This document shows, in pieces, positions 1 through 7,842 of a stretch of DNA of 24,785 nt. The position numbers and the translations under genes are program-made. Position 1 is the stretch's first letter. The number at the start of each line of letters is the position of its first letter. The notes beneath the pieces are model-generated. The model was given only the letters and a program-made list of their open reading frames with translations. It was not told where the DNA came from and searched no databases. This DNA is from a virus (Duplodnaviria > Caudoviricetes), in IMG/VR virus record IMGVR_UViG_3300027777_000139, positions 1 to 24,785 of that record; one strand, written 5' to 3'.

Positions 1-177
1 GTATCTGCCTTTTAACAAAGAGTGAATAGCTTTTGCTTCACGACCGCTAATTTTTTCTCTAGAGCGATTGATTTGTTTGTCCACTGCTTCTTTGCTGTAA
101 GAAGGAGGAGGAGCGTCAATTAATTGCTGTTTTTCTTTTGGGGACTTATTTATTTTTGCCGCAAGACTGTATTCCAT
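1..177 (-). CDS. Hypothetical basic protein, truncated at the left window edge (MEYSLAAKINKSPKEKQQLIDAPPPSYSKEAVDKQINRSREKISGREAKAIHSLLKGRY...)
   Basis: Hand-translated, not in the ORF track. ATG at 177 is preceded by TAAGGAAAAATC and the frame is open to position 1. Confidence 0.7.
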   Translation of the reverse strand, partial: MEYSLAAKINKSPKEKQQLIDAPPPSYSKEAVDKQINRSREKISGREAKAIHSLLKGRY

Positions 178-187
178 GATTTTTCCT

Positions 188-439
188 TTACCAGTTAGGA
201 CAATTCCAACGTTTCAAAGAGGCTTTTGCTCTCGGCGCATCACCTTTTGCATGCTCTACAACACCACTCATTCTCGCGCAAAACGAGTCCTTACGGGCTC
301 CTCCTTGAGGTTGTGGAGCCTTTAAATGGCTACCAGTCTCACGGTTGTATTTTGCACGCCCTTTAGCGGTTAATCCAGCGCCTTTTGACTCAGGAAGTTT
401 CTCACCGCGTCCAACAGCTAATGATGGATTCTTTGCCAT
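188..439 (-). CDS. Small basic phage protein, DUF6321-like
   Basis: Motifs GLTAKGRAKYNRETGSxLKAP, RKxSFCARM and terminal RWNC match a family I recall from aquatic phage structural modules. The DUF label is from memory. Confidence 0.65.
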   Translation of the reverse strand: MAKNPSLAVGRGEKLPESKGAGLTAKGRAKYNRETGSHLKAPQPQGGARKDSFCARMSGVVEHAKGDAPRAKASLKRWNCPNW

Positions 440-442
440 GAC

Positions 443-1045
443 TTACCAGCAAGTCTTTTTAGCCGAGCCGCCAGTTTTCATTTTGGCCGTTTTAGCAGAC
501 TGCTTAAATGCATCGGCAGTTGGCGCACCTTTGCTACCAACTTTTCGCATTTTTTCGCCAGAGCCTTCAGAAATTCTTTGCTGTTTTGCATGAATATTTG
601 CATATAGTCCGCCTCCCGACTTTCTGTTTGGAAGTTTCTCTAATGCCGTATCACCAGAAGCTTTACGGCGCTCATTTACTTGCGCAAGAATACGCTTGTC
701 ATACTCAGCATTCTTCTGAGCATTTTTAGCGTAAAAAGCCGCGTTGTCAGCCTTTTCTTTTTCTTGTTTGGCTTTATACATAGAGCCAGTACGTATCGCC
801 TCACGATCCGCTTGAGTGTATGGGCGAGGGGCTTTTATACCTTTTGCTTTAAGCGAGTTGTAATAGTCCTCATCGCTGTCATAGTCCATTGGATTGACAG
901 AAGCACGACCACCAACAGCTTTCTTGGCCGCACGCTTGGTGCTGTAAGCGATCGCCACGGCTTGCTTTTGGGGCTTGCCTGCGGCCATTTCTGCCTTGAT
1001 GTTGGACTTAAAAGCTTTGTCAGATTTTGATTTGATCAATGGCAT
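443..1045 (-). CDS. Lys-rich putative virion/core protein with three modules separated by xxxGG motifs
   Basis: N-terminal MPL...GKPQKQAVAIAYS module and C-terminal GLYANIHAK...KGAPT module; linkers KAVGG, RKSGG, MKTGG; SD AAGGA upstream. Confidence 0.7.
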   Translation of the reverse strand: MPLIKSKSDKAFKSNIKAEMAAGKPQKQAVAIAYSTKRAAKKAVGGRASVNPMDYDSDEDYYNSLKAKGIKAPRPYTQADREAIRTGSMYKAKQEKEKADNAAFYAKNAQKNAEYDKRILAQVNERRKASGDTALEKLPNRKSGGGLYANIHAKQQRISEGSGEKMRKVGSKGAPTADAFKQSAKTAKMKTGGSAKKTCW

Positions 1046-1053
1046 GATTATCC

Positions 1054-1473
1054 TTAAGCGTATGGATTGACGTAATGCTTTTGCATTTCTAAAACTACGG
1101 TATACGAATCACCAGCAGATCCATCAAGCGTAGTAAACGAAATTGAACCCGTTTTTCCAGCGCCAGAATTATTGTTTAAACCGCCAATTTTGGAATAGTC
1201 TTGCGTATACGCATTGTTTTGCGGGATAGTTTCAATTACAACGGGAGCCGTAGCTACCCAATTCATTTGAACTTCAAGTCCATGAGTCAACGCCGTCACT
1301 TTTAAGATGGTAACGGCGTCACAAGCTCCGCCAGCGGCAGATGCAGTCAACGTTGAAGGATTTACCTTGACAACAGCAGACTCATTTTCAGTTGCGCTCA
1401 TGGTTGCGTAAAACTTCATGATGGCAATTCTTTCGCCATCAAACAATGTTTGTGATGTAGCTGTTATAGCCAT
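1054..1473 (-). CDS. Putative structural protein (beta-rich); probable start MAITATS at 1473
   Basis: GGAG 6 nt before the ATG at 1473; Thr/Ser/Gly/Val-rich composition; located downstream of the capsid genes. Confidence 0.6.
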   Translation of the reverse strand: MAITATSQTLFDGERIAIMKFYATMSATENESAVVKVNPSTLTASAAGGACDAVTILKVTALTHGLEVQMNWVATAPVVIETIPQNNAYTQDYSKIGGLNNNSGAGKTGSISFTTLDGSAGDSYTVVLEMQKHYVNPYA

Positions 1474-1487
1474 ATATATCTCCAATT

Positions 1488-1514
1488 AAAAGTAGGGGGC
1501 ACGTAGCCCCCCAC
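1488..1514 (-). terminator. Probable intrinsic terminator after the 431-aa gene
   Basis: Minus strand GTGGGGGGC-TACGT-GCCCCCTAC stem followed by TTTT. Confidence 0.7.
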
Positions 1515-1519
1515 TCAGT

Positions 1520-2815
1520 TTATGCTCTTCCGCCGCGTTTGCGGGGCGCCACCGTCACTGATTTCTCAGTTTTTGTAACGCTACCTGCGGGTGCTGGCTT
1601 GCTAGTGAAGTAGTCTTTGATCTTTCCGTAACCTTCTTTGATCATGCTCAAAGGGTTCAGCGCGTCTTCAAGCTCACGGCTTGCTTTGTCTGTAACCACT
1701 TTGGGATCACCAGCGGGGGTAACGGAAGAACCTTCAGCATACTTCTTAGCCTTGCCACCTTTGGCGTAGCCTCTGTTTACTTCGTGCTTGGCCGTCATGT
1801 GAGCATCTTCTAGGTCGTCGGTGTGTGAATCACCTTCGCTTAGATGCTTACCTTCAGGTGAGTAGAACTTGGTTCTGTACTCTTCCCAATCACGGTCTTT
1901 GTAAACTTTAGCTACATGGCCTTTTGGGCCAGTATGGGTCTTAATCAATCGAAGATTGGGTTTATCCTCTTTTTTTTTAACCTCACCACCTTTAGCAAAG
2001 GTGCCAGACTGCAAGCTGTTTGCCACTGGACGTGACACAGGCTTGCGTGGCATAGCGACGGGTTTGCCTGAATCAACAGTACCCCCCGTCGCGTAGGCTT
2101 TTTTTGTTGAACCACCCTTCTTGTAGCCGCCGCCGTTGCCGTTCTTCACGCCACCAGTGGTTGCGTTAGTAACACCAGCTTTTGCTGTGTCAGCAGGACG
2201 GTTTTCCCAATTGACGTTGCCGCCTTTTTTGTAGCCACCAGCGTTGCCCATCTTGACGCCACCAGTACCAGAAGCCTTGTCAGCCTTGTCGCCGTCCACC
2301 ACTTTGGTGTTCAAAAACTTGCCTGCATTGCCTTCAATGGTGCCACCGTTTTTGAAGCCACCAGCGTTCTTTTCCTTGATGCCTTTGGTGCCAGAAGCCT
2401 TATCGGTCTTGTCACCATCAACAACTTTGGTATTAACGAACTTACCAGCATTACCTTTGATGGTAGTTTTGGTTTCATCTTTATCGATTGCGCCACCAGA
2501 AGCGAACTTCTTGCCAGCCATAGCCTTCTTGATCATTGCGCGATCTTGAGCGGCATCTTCATGCATGTCAGCCTTGCCACCTTTTTTGGCCATCATCATA
2601 GGGTTCATCGCTTTACGACGAGCCATCATTGAAGGCTTTTTAGGAGCCATGCCCATAGGAGCACTTGCCATTGCTGGTGCTTGAGCAGGCATAGTAGATT
2701 GCATAGGCATGTAACCGCCGTCCATCTTTGAAGCAACTTTGCCGCCTTTTTTAAGCTTCAGGATTACTGAAGGCTCTGTGGTCATCATTTTGACCATTGG
2801 TTTGAATTGACCCAT
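1520..2815 (-). CDS. Lys/Gly/Met-rich repetitive putative internal virion protein (431 aa) with about 10 xxxGG motifs
   Basis: LKKGG, AKKGG, FASGG, FKNGG, YKKGG x2, YATGG, FAKGG, YAKGG, RKRGG; SD AAGGAG upstream; lies in the structural operon. Confidence 0.7.
   Translation of the reverse strand: MGQFKPMVKMMTTEPSVILKLKKGGKVASKMDGGYMPMQSTMPAQAPAMASAPMGMAPKKPSMMARRKAMNPMMMAKKGGKADMHEDAAQDRAMIKKAMAGKKFASGGAIDKDETKTTIKGNAGKFVNTKVVDGDKTDKASGTKGIKEKNAGGFKNGGTIEGNAGKFLNTKVVDGDKADKASGTGGVKMGNAGGYKKGGNVNWENRPADTAKAGVTNATTGGVKNGNGGGYKKGGSTKKAYATGGTVDSGKPVAMPRKPVSRPVANSLQSGTFAKGGEVKKKEDKPNLRLIKTHTGPKGHVAKVYKDRDWEEYRTKFYSPEGKHLSEGDSHTDDLEDAHMTAKHEVNRGYAKGGKAKKYAEGSSVTPAGDPKVVTDKASRELEDALNPLSMIKEGYGKIKDYFTSKPAPAGSVTKTEKSVTVAPRKRGGRA
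2219..2464 (-). repeat. In-frame tandem duplication, 2 x 123 nt (41 aa)
   Basis: TIKGNAGKFVNTKVVDGDKTDKASGTKGIKEKNAGGFKNGG (2342-2464) versus TIEGNAGKFLNTKVVDGDKADKASGTGGVKMGNAGGYKKGG (2219-2341). Confidence 0.9.
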
Positions 2816-2827
2816 GACTGCTCTCCT

Positions 2828-3793
2828 TTAGGCTTGTGTTACGCCAAGAGCGCCAACGCGAGTAGCGTTAGGCCCAACAGCGATTGCAGGCAACAAGATT
2901 CCCATTGTTGTACGAACGATACCGTTCGATGCAGTGGCAGGGGCGTATGTACCGCGAACGTCACCAGTACCTGTGGTTGCCGTTGCAGTGTCTGCGGCGA
3001 CAAACGTACCAGCGTCTTGCGCTAATGTGTTGTTGCTTTTGACGCTAGCAACGTATGACACGTTGAACACGCGAACTGGAAGACCCAGAACGTCGCTTGT
3101 GCCAACCACAACAGCAGTTGCAGAGCCAGCAATAGTCACACCACTGATTTGGTAGAAAGCCTTCAAACCAGTCACAGCAGTTGCGGCAGTCACCACAGTG
3201 ATAACTTCACTCATTGCCTGTCCGTAGTAGTCGTAACCACTGACGGTGAAAGCACGAGCAGTTGTTGAGGAGTTCACCTTGATTGCGCGAGGCAAGTCCA
3301 ACTGAAGAACAGTTGTACCGTCAGTGCGAACAACTGACTTGACCGAAGTACCAGCCGTCAAAGTGACTGCCTGACCAGCGGTGGTGGTTGTTTGCGACGC
3401 GGCAATGTTGTTAGTGACGGCGGCTTGAGGAATGACGTCCCAAACGTAGATGCGACCCAGAGGGCCAATACCCAAGTCCATAGGAGAAGGATTATCAAGA
3501 GTCGTATTGGTGTGCGCAGAGATGGTTGTACTAGAAGCGGTCACCGATTGGTTAACCGTGTAAGTACCCGTACCTCCAGTACCAGTAACAAACGCAGTGA
3601 TGTAAGTACCGTCGGTCACGCTGGTGCCGTCGATGTACATACCAAGCACGATTGGTGAGCCAGACAGCATTGCGGTTACCGTCAATGTTGTGGTAGCAAT
3701 CGAGCCAGTAAAAGTAGAGGTGTAAGGACGCAGACCCGTACCCATGTAGGTTTGGGCTGGACCTAAAAATAGGTCGTCAGAATATTGAGGCAT
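2828..3793 (-). CDS. Thr/Ala/Val-rich structural protein (head decoration or fibre-like)
   Basis: Immediately downstream of the major capsid gene; strongly beta-type composition; SD AAGGAG. Confidence 0.6.
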   Translation of the reverse strand: MPQYSDDLFLGPAQTYMGTGLRPYTSTFTGSIATTTLTVTAMLSGSPIVLGMYIDGTSVTDGTYITAFVTGTGGTGTYTVNQSVTASSTTISAHTNTTLDNPSPMDLGIGPLGRIYVWDVIPQAAVTNNIAASQTTTTAGQAVTLTAGTSVKSVVRTDGTTVLQLDLPRAIKVNSSTTARAFTVSGYDYYGQAMSEVITVVTAATAVTGLKAFYQISGVTIAGSATAVVVGTSDVLGLPVRVFNVSYVASVKSNNTLAQDAGTFVAADTATATTGTGDVRGTYAPATASNGIVRTTMGILLPAIAVGPNATRVGALGVTQA

Positions 3794-3830
3794 TTTGTCT
3801 TCTCCTTGAAAAGTTTGACAAATACAAATT

Positions 3831-3863
3831 AAAAAAAAAGGGCTGGCTTTTTAGACCAGCCCT
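3831..3863 (-). terminator. Intrinsic terminator after the major capsid gene
   Basis: AGGGCTGG/CCAGCCCT 8-bp stem followed on the minus strand by a run of 9 T, just after the capsid stop codon. Confidence 0.85.
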
Positions 3864-3870
3864 GTTTGCT

Positions 3871-4785
3871 TTAGACGCCAGCAGTGCCGTAAGCGGCACG
3901 CGGATCTGTAAAGCCTACGTCGTAACGCTCTGTAGCCTTGTAACGCATGGAGTCGGTTTCAAAGTCACCTTCCATGGTCTTCTCAAGACGACGACGCATC
4001 AACAACTTGAAGCCTTCTGGAGCGTCGGTCTGCACCCACCATGCGGTAGATGAAGTCAAACGTGACAGAACTGCGGCACCCTCGTCCAACAAGCCAATTG
4101 CCTTGATGGGGTTGATGTCGTTGTTTGCGTTGCCTGTACGGAGGACAGACTTCAACAACACTTCGGCTTGGAAGATGTTGCCCGGTGCCACGATCAATTG
4201 ACGTGGAACCAAACGAATCTTCTTACCGTTGTTGTCAACAGCTTGGCGGATTTGGATCAACATTTGTTCCAATGATGTCTGCGACAAGTTAGCTGATGTA
4301 GCCAACTGGTTGCTGAACGTACCGTTCACGATTGGGTGAGCAGTGTTGATCAAAGAAACGCCGTCGCCACCGGGGTAGCTGGAGTTGAAGGCTGTGTTCA
4401 ACACGTTAGCTGACAACAACTCTTTGGTTTCCACCAAAGACTGTGCCAAGTGGCGTGCATAAACTTGACCGATACGGATGTGATCGCCGTCTTCAACAAG
4501 CACTTTGGTCAAAGCGAAGGCCAAGCCATACACTTTGTACACATAGCGCTTCAAGAAGAGTACGCCACCTTGCTGATAGGTAACTGGAGTACCGTCAGGC
4601 AATTGTGGAGCGGCGCCAAATCCATAAAGGACAGGCTCTTCGTGGTAGTTACGTGGAATACCGTCTTCTTCGCGGAACACTCGGCTCCACTCGTCGGCAC
4701 GTTGGTCATAGACTCCATCGAAGCATTCATTGAGGATAGGTTCAACAATACTTCTAAAGTCCGTACTGCGCATTGGTGCGGCCAT
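3871..4785 (-). CDS. Major capsid protein (HK97 fold, Mu gpT-like family)
   Basis: 304 aa; motifs GGDGVSLxxxAHP, PRQLIVAP, WWVQTD, GDFETDSMRYKATERYxxGFTDPR; strong SD (AAGGAG); followed by a terminator; synteny with scaffold and portal. Confidence 0.9.
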   Translation of the reverse strand: MAAPMRSTDFRSIVEPILNECFDGVYDQRADEWSRVFREEDGIPRNYHEEPVLYGFGAAPQLPDGTPVTYQQGGVLFLKRYVYKVYGLAFALTKVLVEDGDHIRIGQVYARHLAQSLVETKELLSANVLNTAFNSSYPGGDGVSLINTAHPIVNGTFSNQLATSANLSQTSLEQMLIQIRQAVDNNGKKIRLVPRQLIVAPGNIFQAEVLLKSVLRTGNANNDINPIKAIGLLDEGAAVLSRLTSSTAWWVQTDAPEGFKLLMRRRLEKTMEGDFETDSMRYKATERYDVGFTDPRAAYGTAGV

Positions 4786-4796
4786 GATTTAGCTCC

Positions 4797-5396
4797 TTAT
4801 GCAATAGCAGTCACAGAACCGAAGAACTGAGACTGAGCGTTAACAACTCGAACAACGGTGTAGCTATCGCCCCACGCATTGTCCACATACGGTGCCAAAT
4901 CAACGACACGCATCTGACCTTGGACTCCGTTACCAGCGGCAGTAGCAGAGCCTAAAGTAGCTTGCGACAGACCAGTAGTAGAAGAACCTGCGGTAGTGGC
5001 GGTGAAGTTGTATTCATTACCAATCGTGGTTTGTGCCATAGCACCATCGGCTTGAATTTCATAAACGATGTTTTGGTCGTTGTAGAAATAAGCTATAGCA
5101 GAACCTGCTGTGTAAGAGGTGCTAGCTGGATAGTAGTTAGAGACACGGCGACGACCAGTTGTATCAGTCCATTCAAAACCTGCAAAAGCACCAGACCACG
5201 CAACAGCGGATCCAGATGCAGGAGCGGTAGTTAAAGGAACGATTACACCAGCGGAAGCTGAATAGGCAACAGGTTGCCCTTTCAGGATTTGGGTTCCGTA
5301 ACCCGACGTAATACCGCCAGCAAGCGCCTGAGCGCGATCCAAACCAAAGGGATGGAACGCAGGACGCAAGCCAAACGGAGCATTAGTACTAGACAT
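4797..5396 (-). CDS. Putative capsid decoration/cement protein
   Basis: 199 aa, Ala/Gly/Thr-rich, N-terminal NAPFGLRP motif, directly upstream of the capsid gene. Confidence 0.6.
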   Translation of the reverse strand: MSSTNAPFGLRPAFHPFGLDRAQALAGGITSGYGTQILKGQPVAYSASAGVIVPLTTAPASGSAVAWSGAFAGFEWTDTTGRRRVSNYYPASTSYTAGSAIAYFYNDQNIVYEIQADGAMAQTTIGNEYNFTATTAGSSTTGLSQATLGSATAAGNGVQGQMRVVDLAPYVDNAWGDSYTVVRVVNAQSQFFGSVTAIA

Positions 5397-5417
5397 AAAA
5401 AACTCCTTAGTTAAAGA

Positions 5418-5963
5418 TTACCCAGCGAAAACTGGGACTTTGCTTGGTTGCTGATCAAAAGAGCCAAGACCTTCACCTTCAACATTAACTAGTGACTTAC
5501 CGTTGCTATCTCTTTGCCCTTGGAGACTTTCTAGCTGAACGCGAACTTTGTCGCTTTCCTCACGAGGCTTGTCATGGTGGTGATACAACATGAGATCCTG
5601 ATAAATATCCATTGGCAATTTAAACAGCAACATTTCGTTACAAGCTATATGCCCAATTTGCTCTCCAGATTTAACCTTGTAATCTTCATAGCCGGGTAAC
5701 TCTTCAGATTTAACTGGCACGTACCCATTGCGAATCCGTTTATCGATTGAATCGTAGCTATTGGTTGTCGAAAGCCAGCAAAGGTGCCACCCATCCATGT
5801 TGGGCAGTTTTGGCAGTGCTGATTGCGTCCATTCCTCGTCCCACATCTTGCGACGTTCTTGCGTAGAAATGAACTTAGTCTCTGGGGCTGAGCGGCTTGC
5901 CTCCACACTTGCGCGTTCCTGACGTCCGCCAGCCTTCAAAGATTTTTTTAAACGTGATTCCAT
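5418..5963 (-). CDS. Conserved head-module protein of unknown function (181 aa; start MESRLKK)
   Basis: GGGAG 7 nt before the ATG at 5963; the longer ORF-track start would overlap the scaffold gene. Lies between scaffold and decoration genes. Confidence 0.7.
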   Translation of the reverse strand: MESRLKKSLKAGGRQERASVEASRSAPETKFISTQERRKMWDEEWTQSALPKLPNMDGWHLCWLSTTNSYDSIDKRIRNGYVPVKSEELPGYEDYKVKSGEQIGHIACNEMLLFKLPMDIYQDLMLYHHHDKPREESDKVRVQLESLQGQRDSNGKSLVNVEGEGLGSFDQQPSKVPVFAG

Positions 5964-5980
5964 ATTATTACTCCCATGTA

Positions 5981-6961
5981 TTAGTTGCGGTTCAAGCGAT
6001 CGAACTTGACGAATTCGGCGATCATCTTCTTTTTGCGTTCTGGGTTGTCCCATGCACCAATCTCTTTCATTGCTTTGACCCTTTCAGGTGAAAGCATGAA
6101 CTGAGAGCGGTTGTTACCCCCAAATGCGGCTGAAGCTTCACGACCAGAACTTCCCACTACGTTCCTCGGTTTCCTAACGACGGAATTATCGTTTGTGTTC
6201 TGATTGTAACGGTGTGGTAGAGATTTTTGCAAGCGACTATCTAACTCATCCCAATAATCAGGATCAGATGGATCCCAACCTTCGGTTACTAGCAACTCAT
6301 CTACCTTCTTTGCGACACGACTATCAGTTTCGTTTGACTCTGGGTTGTACCAAGAGTTACGCTTCATCCAATCAGCGGCATTACGCTGTACTGTTGGGTC
6401 TGGCAACTCTTGACGAGGCTGTTCTTGCGCCTCTTGTGATGCACGGTTCTTAATTCCTTGCAGTTGCACAAGTTGATTCTCAGCATCACGCCACAAAGTC
6501 TGTGCTTCGACCATTGCGTCGCCGTCACTGTTCTCCGCGGCCTCTTTAAGCTTCATCTTGGCGTATTCCAAACGTACTTGGCTGTCCTCGATGTTCTTAT
6601 CGATGCGTGAAATCTGCCCTTGTTTGGTTTCGCGCTCTACATTCGACAATCTGCGCTTGAATTCTTCATTCTCACGCTGTAATTGACTAAGGCGAATGTC
6701 TTTTTCTTCCCTTGTAGCCCTCTGAGCTAGTCTTTTGGCCTTGCGGATGTTGCGTTTAGCTTCCCTAAGCTCTGCATTGTCATCAGGATGGTCTGCATCG
6801 TCGGAATCAACGTCGCCACCCTTTGATTTTTCATTAGAAGACTGATTGTTTTGGTCTGAATCGTCGTCATTGATCATGTTGTCAGGCAAATCTACGACTG
6901 CGGAACCGTCTTTACCCTCTTCAATGTTCAATTCCAACTGTTCTTTGGTATCTGTACTCAT
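5981..6961 (-). CDS. Putative capsid scaffolding protein
   Basis: Acidic N-terminus, long coiled-coil middle, WxxRNxWY and YWxELDxRL motifs, helical C-terminus (LSPERVKAMKEIG); between portal and capsid genes. Confidence 0.7.
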   Translation of the reverse strand: MSTDTKEQLELNIEEGKDGSAVVDLPDNMINDDDSDQNNQSSNEKSKGGDVDSDDADHPDDNAELREAKRNIRKAKRLAQRATREEKDIRLSQLQRENEEFKRRLSNVERETKQGQISRIDKNIEDSQVRLEYAKMKLKEAAENSDGDAMVEAQTLWRDAENQLVQLQGIKNRASQEAQEQPRQELPDPTVQRNAADWMKRNSWYNPESNETDSRVAKKVDELLVTEGWDPSDPDYWDELDSRLQKSLPHRYNQNTNDNSVVRKPRNVVGSSGREASAAFGGNNRSQFMLSPERVKAMKEIGAWDNPERKKKMIAEFVKFDRLNRN

Positions 6962-6973
6962 TTTTTTGTCCCC

Positions 6974-7429
6974 TTAAACATAAGCTTTGAAAGACAGCGG
7001 ATCGTCAGTGATTTTTGCAATCACTTCGTGGTCATTTATCGTCATGAACAGCACTGGATCTTCTTTGGAGTCTGCATTGGGGTCATTACGCTCCCAACGA
7101 TCTCCACCCCAGCGTGGTACACGCACGAAATCACCTACTTGTGCCCAAGTTCCCTCTGGCCAAGACTCCATGGTGTCGCGGTTTTTGTATGCCAAAGGCC
7201 CAAGTGCCACGACCTTACCGATCATGTTGTTCCACTTTTCGTTTTCTTTGGTTTCATCGACGATGATGATCATTCCAGCCTTCTTTTTGATGCGGCGTAA
7301 CTGAACAATTACGCGCCCTCCAAGAGGTGTCTGACCTGCATTCACTTGCGGGAATGCCCACTCCAGCTCTTGAGGATCAGACGCTTGCGCGCTTCCCTCG
7401 ATCGTTGGGATCTTTTCTTTCTCACTCAT
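6974..7429 (-). CDS. groES: GroES/Cpn10-like co-chaperonin (start MSEKEKIP)
   Basis: PLGGRVIVQ, mobile-loop-like AGMIIIVDETKENEK, GKVVALGPLAY, VGDFV, INDHEVIAKI match the Cpn10 pattern; AGGAG before the ATG at 7429. Confidence 0.8.
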   Translation of the reverse strand: MSEKEKIPTIEGSAQASDPQELEWAFPQVNAGQTPLGGRVIVQLRRIKKKAGMIIIVDETKENEKWNNMIGKVVALGPLAYKNRDTMESWPEGTWAQVGDFVRVPRWGGDRWERNDPNADSKEDPVLFMTINDHEVIAKITDDPLSFKAYV

Positions 7430-7507
7430 ACTAACTCCTAAAATGCACCATAATTGCAGATGCGTCATTTATGCGTTTTTCAACGCGGCCTCGTCCTTTA
7501 GGGGGAC

Positions 7508-7687
7508 TTATTCTTGATTTCTGTCTTCGTCTAACATTCGGTTAATGGTATCAAGCACAAATTGCAGTCCCTGATACTCACCAACCATTCGTTGATACGC
7601 TTCCCACGTAATTGCGTTGCCAACAGCAAGAGATGAGGCAATCTCTCCTTGGCGTAGCTTCAATACGTGAATAACGGGGTCAATCAT
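7508..7687 (-). CDS. Small helical protein (59 aa, MIDPVIHVLKLRQGEIASSLAVGNAITWEAYQRMVGEYQGLQFVLDTINRMLDEDRNQE)
   Basis: Hand-translated, below the ORF-track cutoff. ATGA overlap with the upstream gene; fills the gap before groES. Confidence 0.75.
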   Translation of the reverse strand: MIDPVIHVLKLRQGEIASSLAVGNAITWEAYQRMVGEYQGLQFVLDTINRMLDEDRNQE

Positions 7688-7842
7688 TTCTTTTTAGCTT
7701 GCGACAAACCGCCTTGTGGCTTCTTGTCTTTTTGGCTTCCGCCCTTTGGCTCCAAGCTTGTGCCGTCCAGCTTTACGCCTTGAGCCAAGCGTGCGTGATA
7801 ACGCACCATTGGGCCTTTTTGTTCTGCATCAGATATTGCCAT
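7684..7842 (-). CDS. Small basic protein (52 aa, start MAISDAEQKG)
   Basis: AAGGAG before the ATG at 7842; overlaps the portal stop by 14 nt; Lys/Gly-rich tail. Confidence 0.65.
   Translation of the reverse strand: MAISDAEQKGPMVRYHARLAQGVKLDGTSLEPKGGSQKDKKPQGGLSQAKKK

Noticed and set aside
1970-1978. A9 run on the coding strand as a programmed frameshift site
   Set aside because: It encodes Lys-Lys-Lys in a Lys-rich protein, the ORF is intact, and I saw no supporting downstream structure.
5964-6053. Extended N-termini given by the ORF track (also 7430-7468, 7843-7956, 20738-20779, 21368-21481, 21720-21779)
   Set aside because: Internal ATGs have clear SD sequences or stop/start overlaps; the longer starts mostly run into upstream genes.
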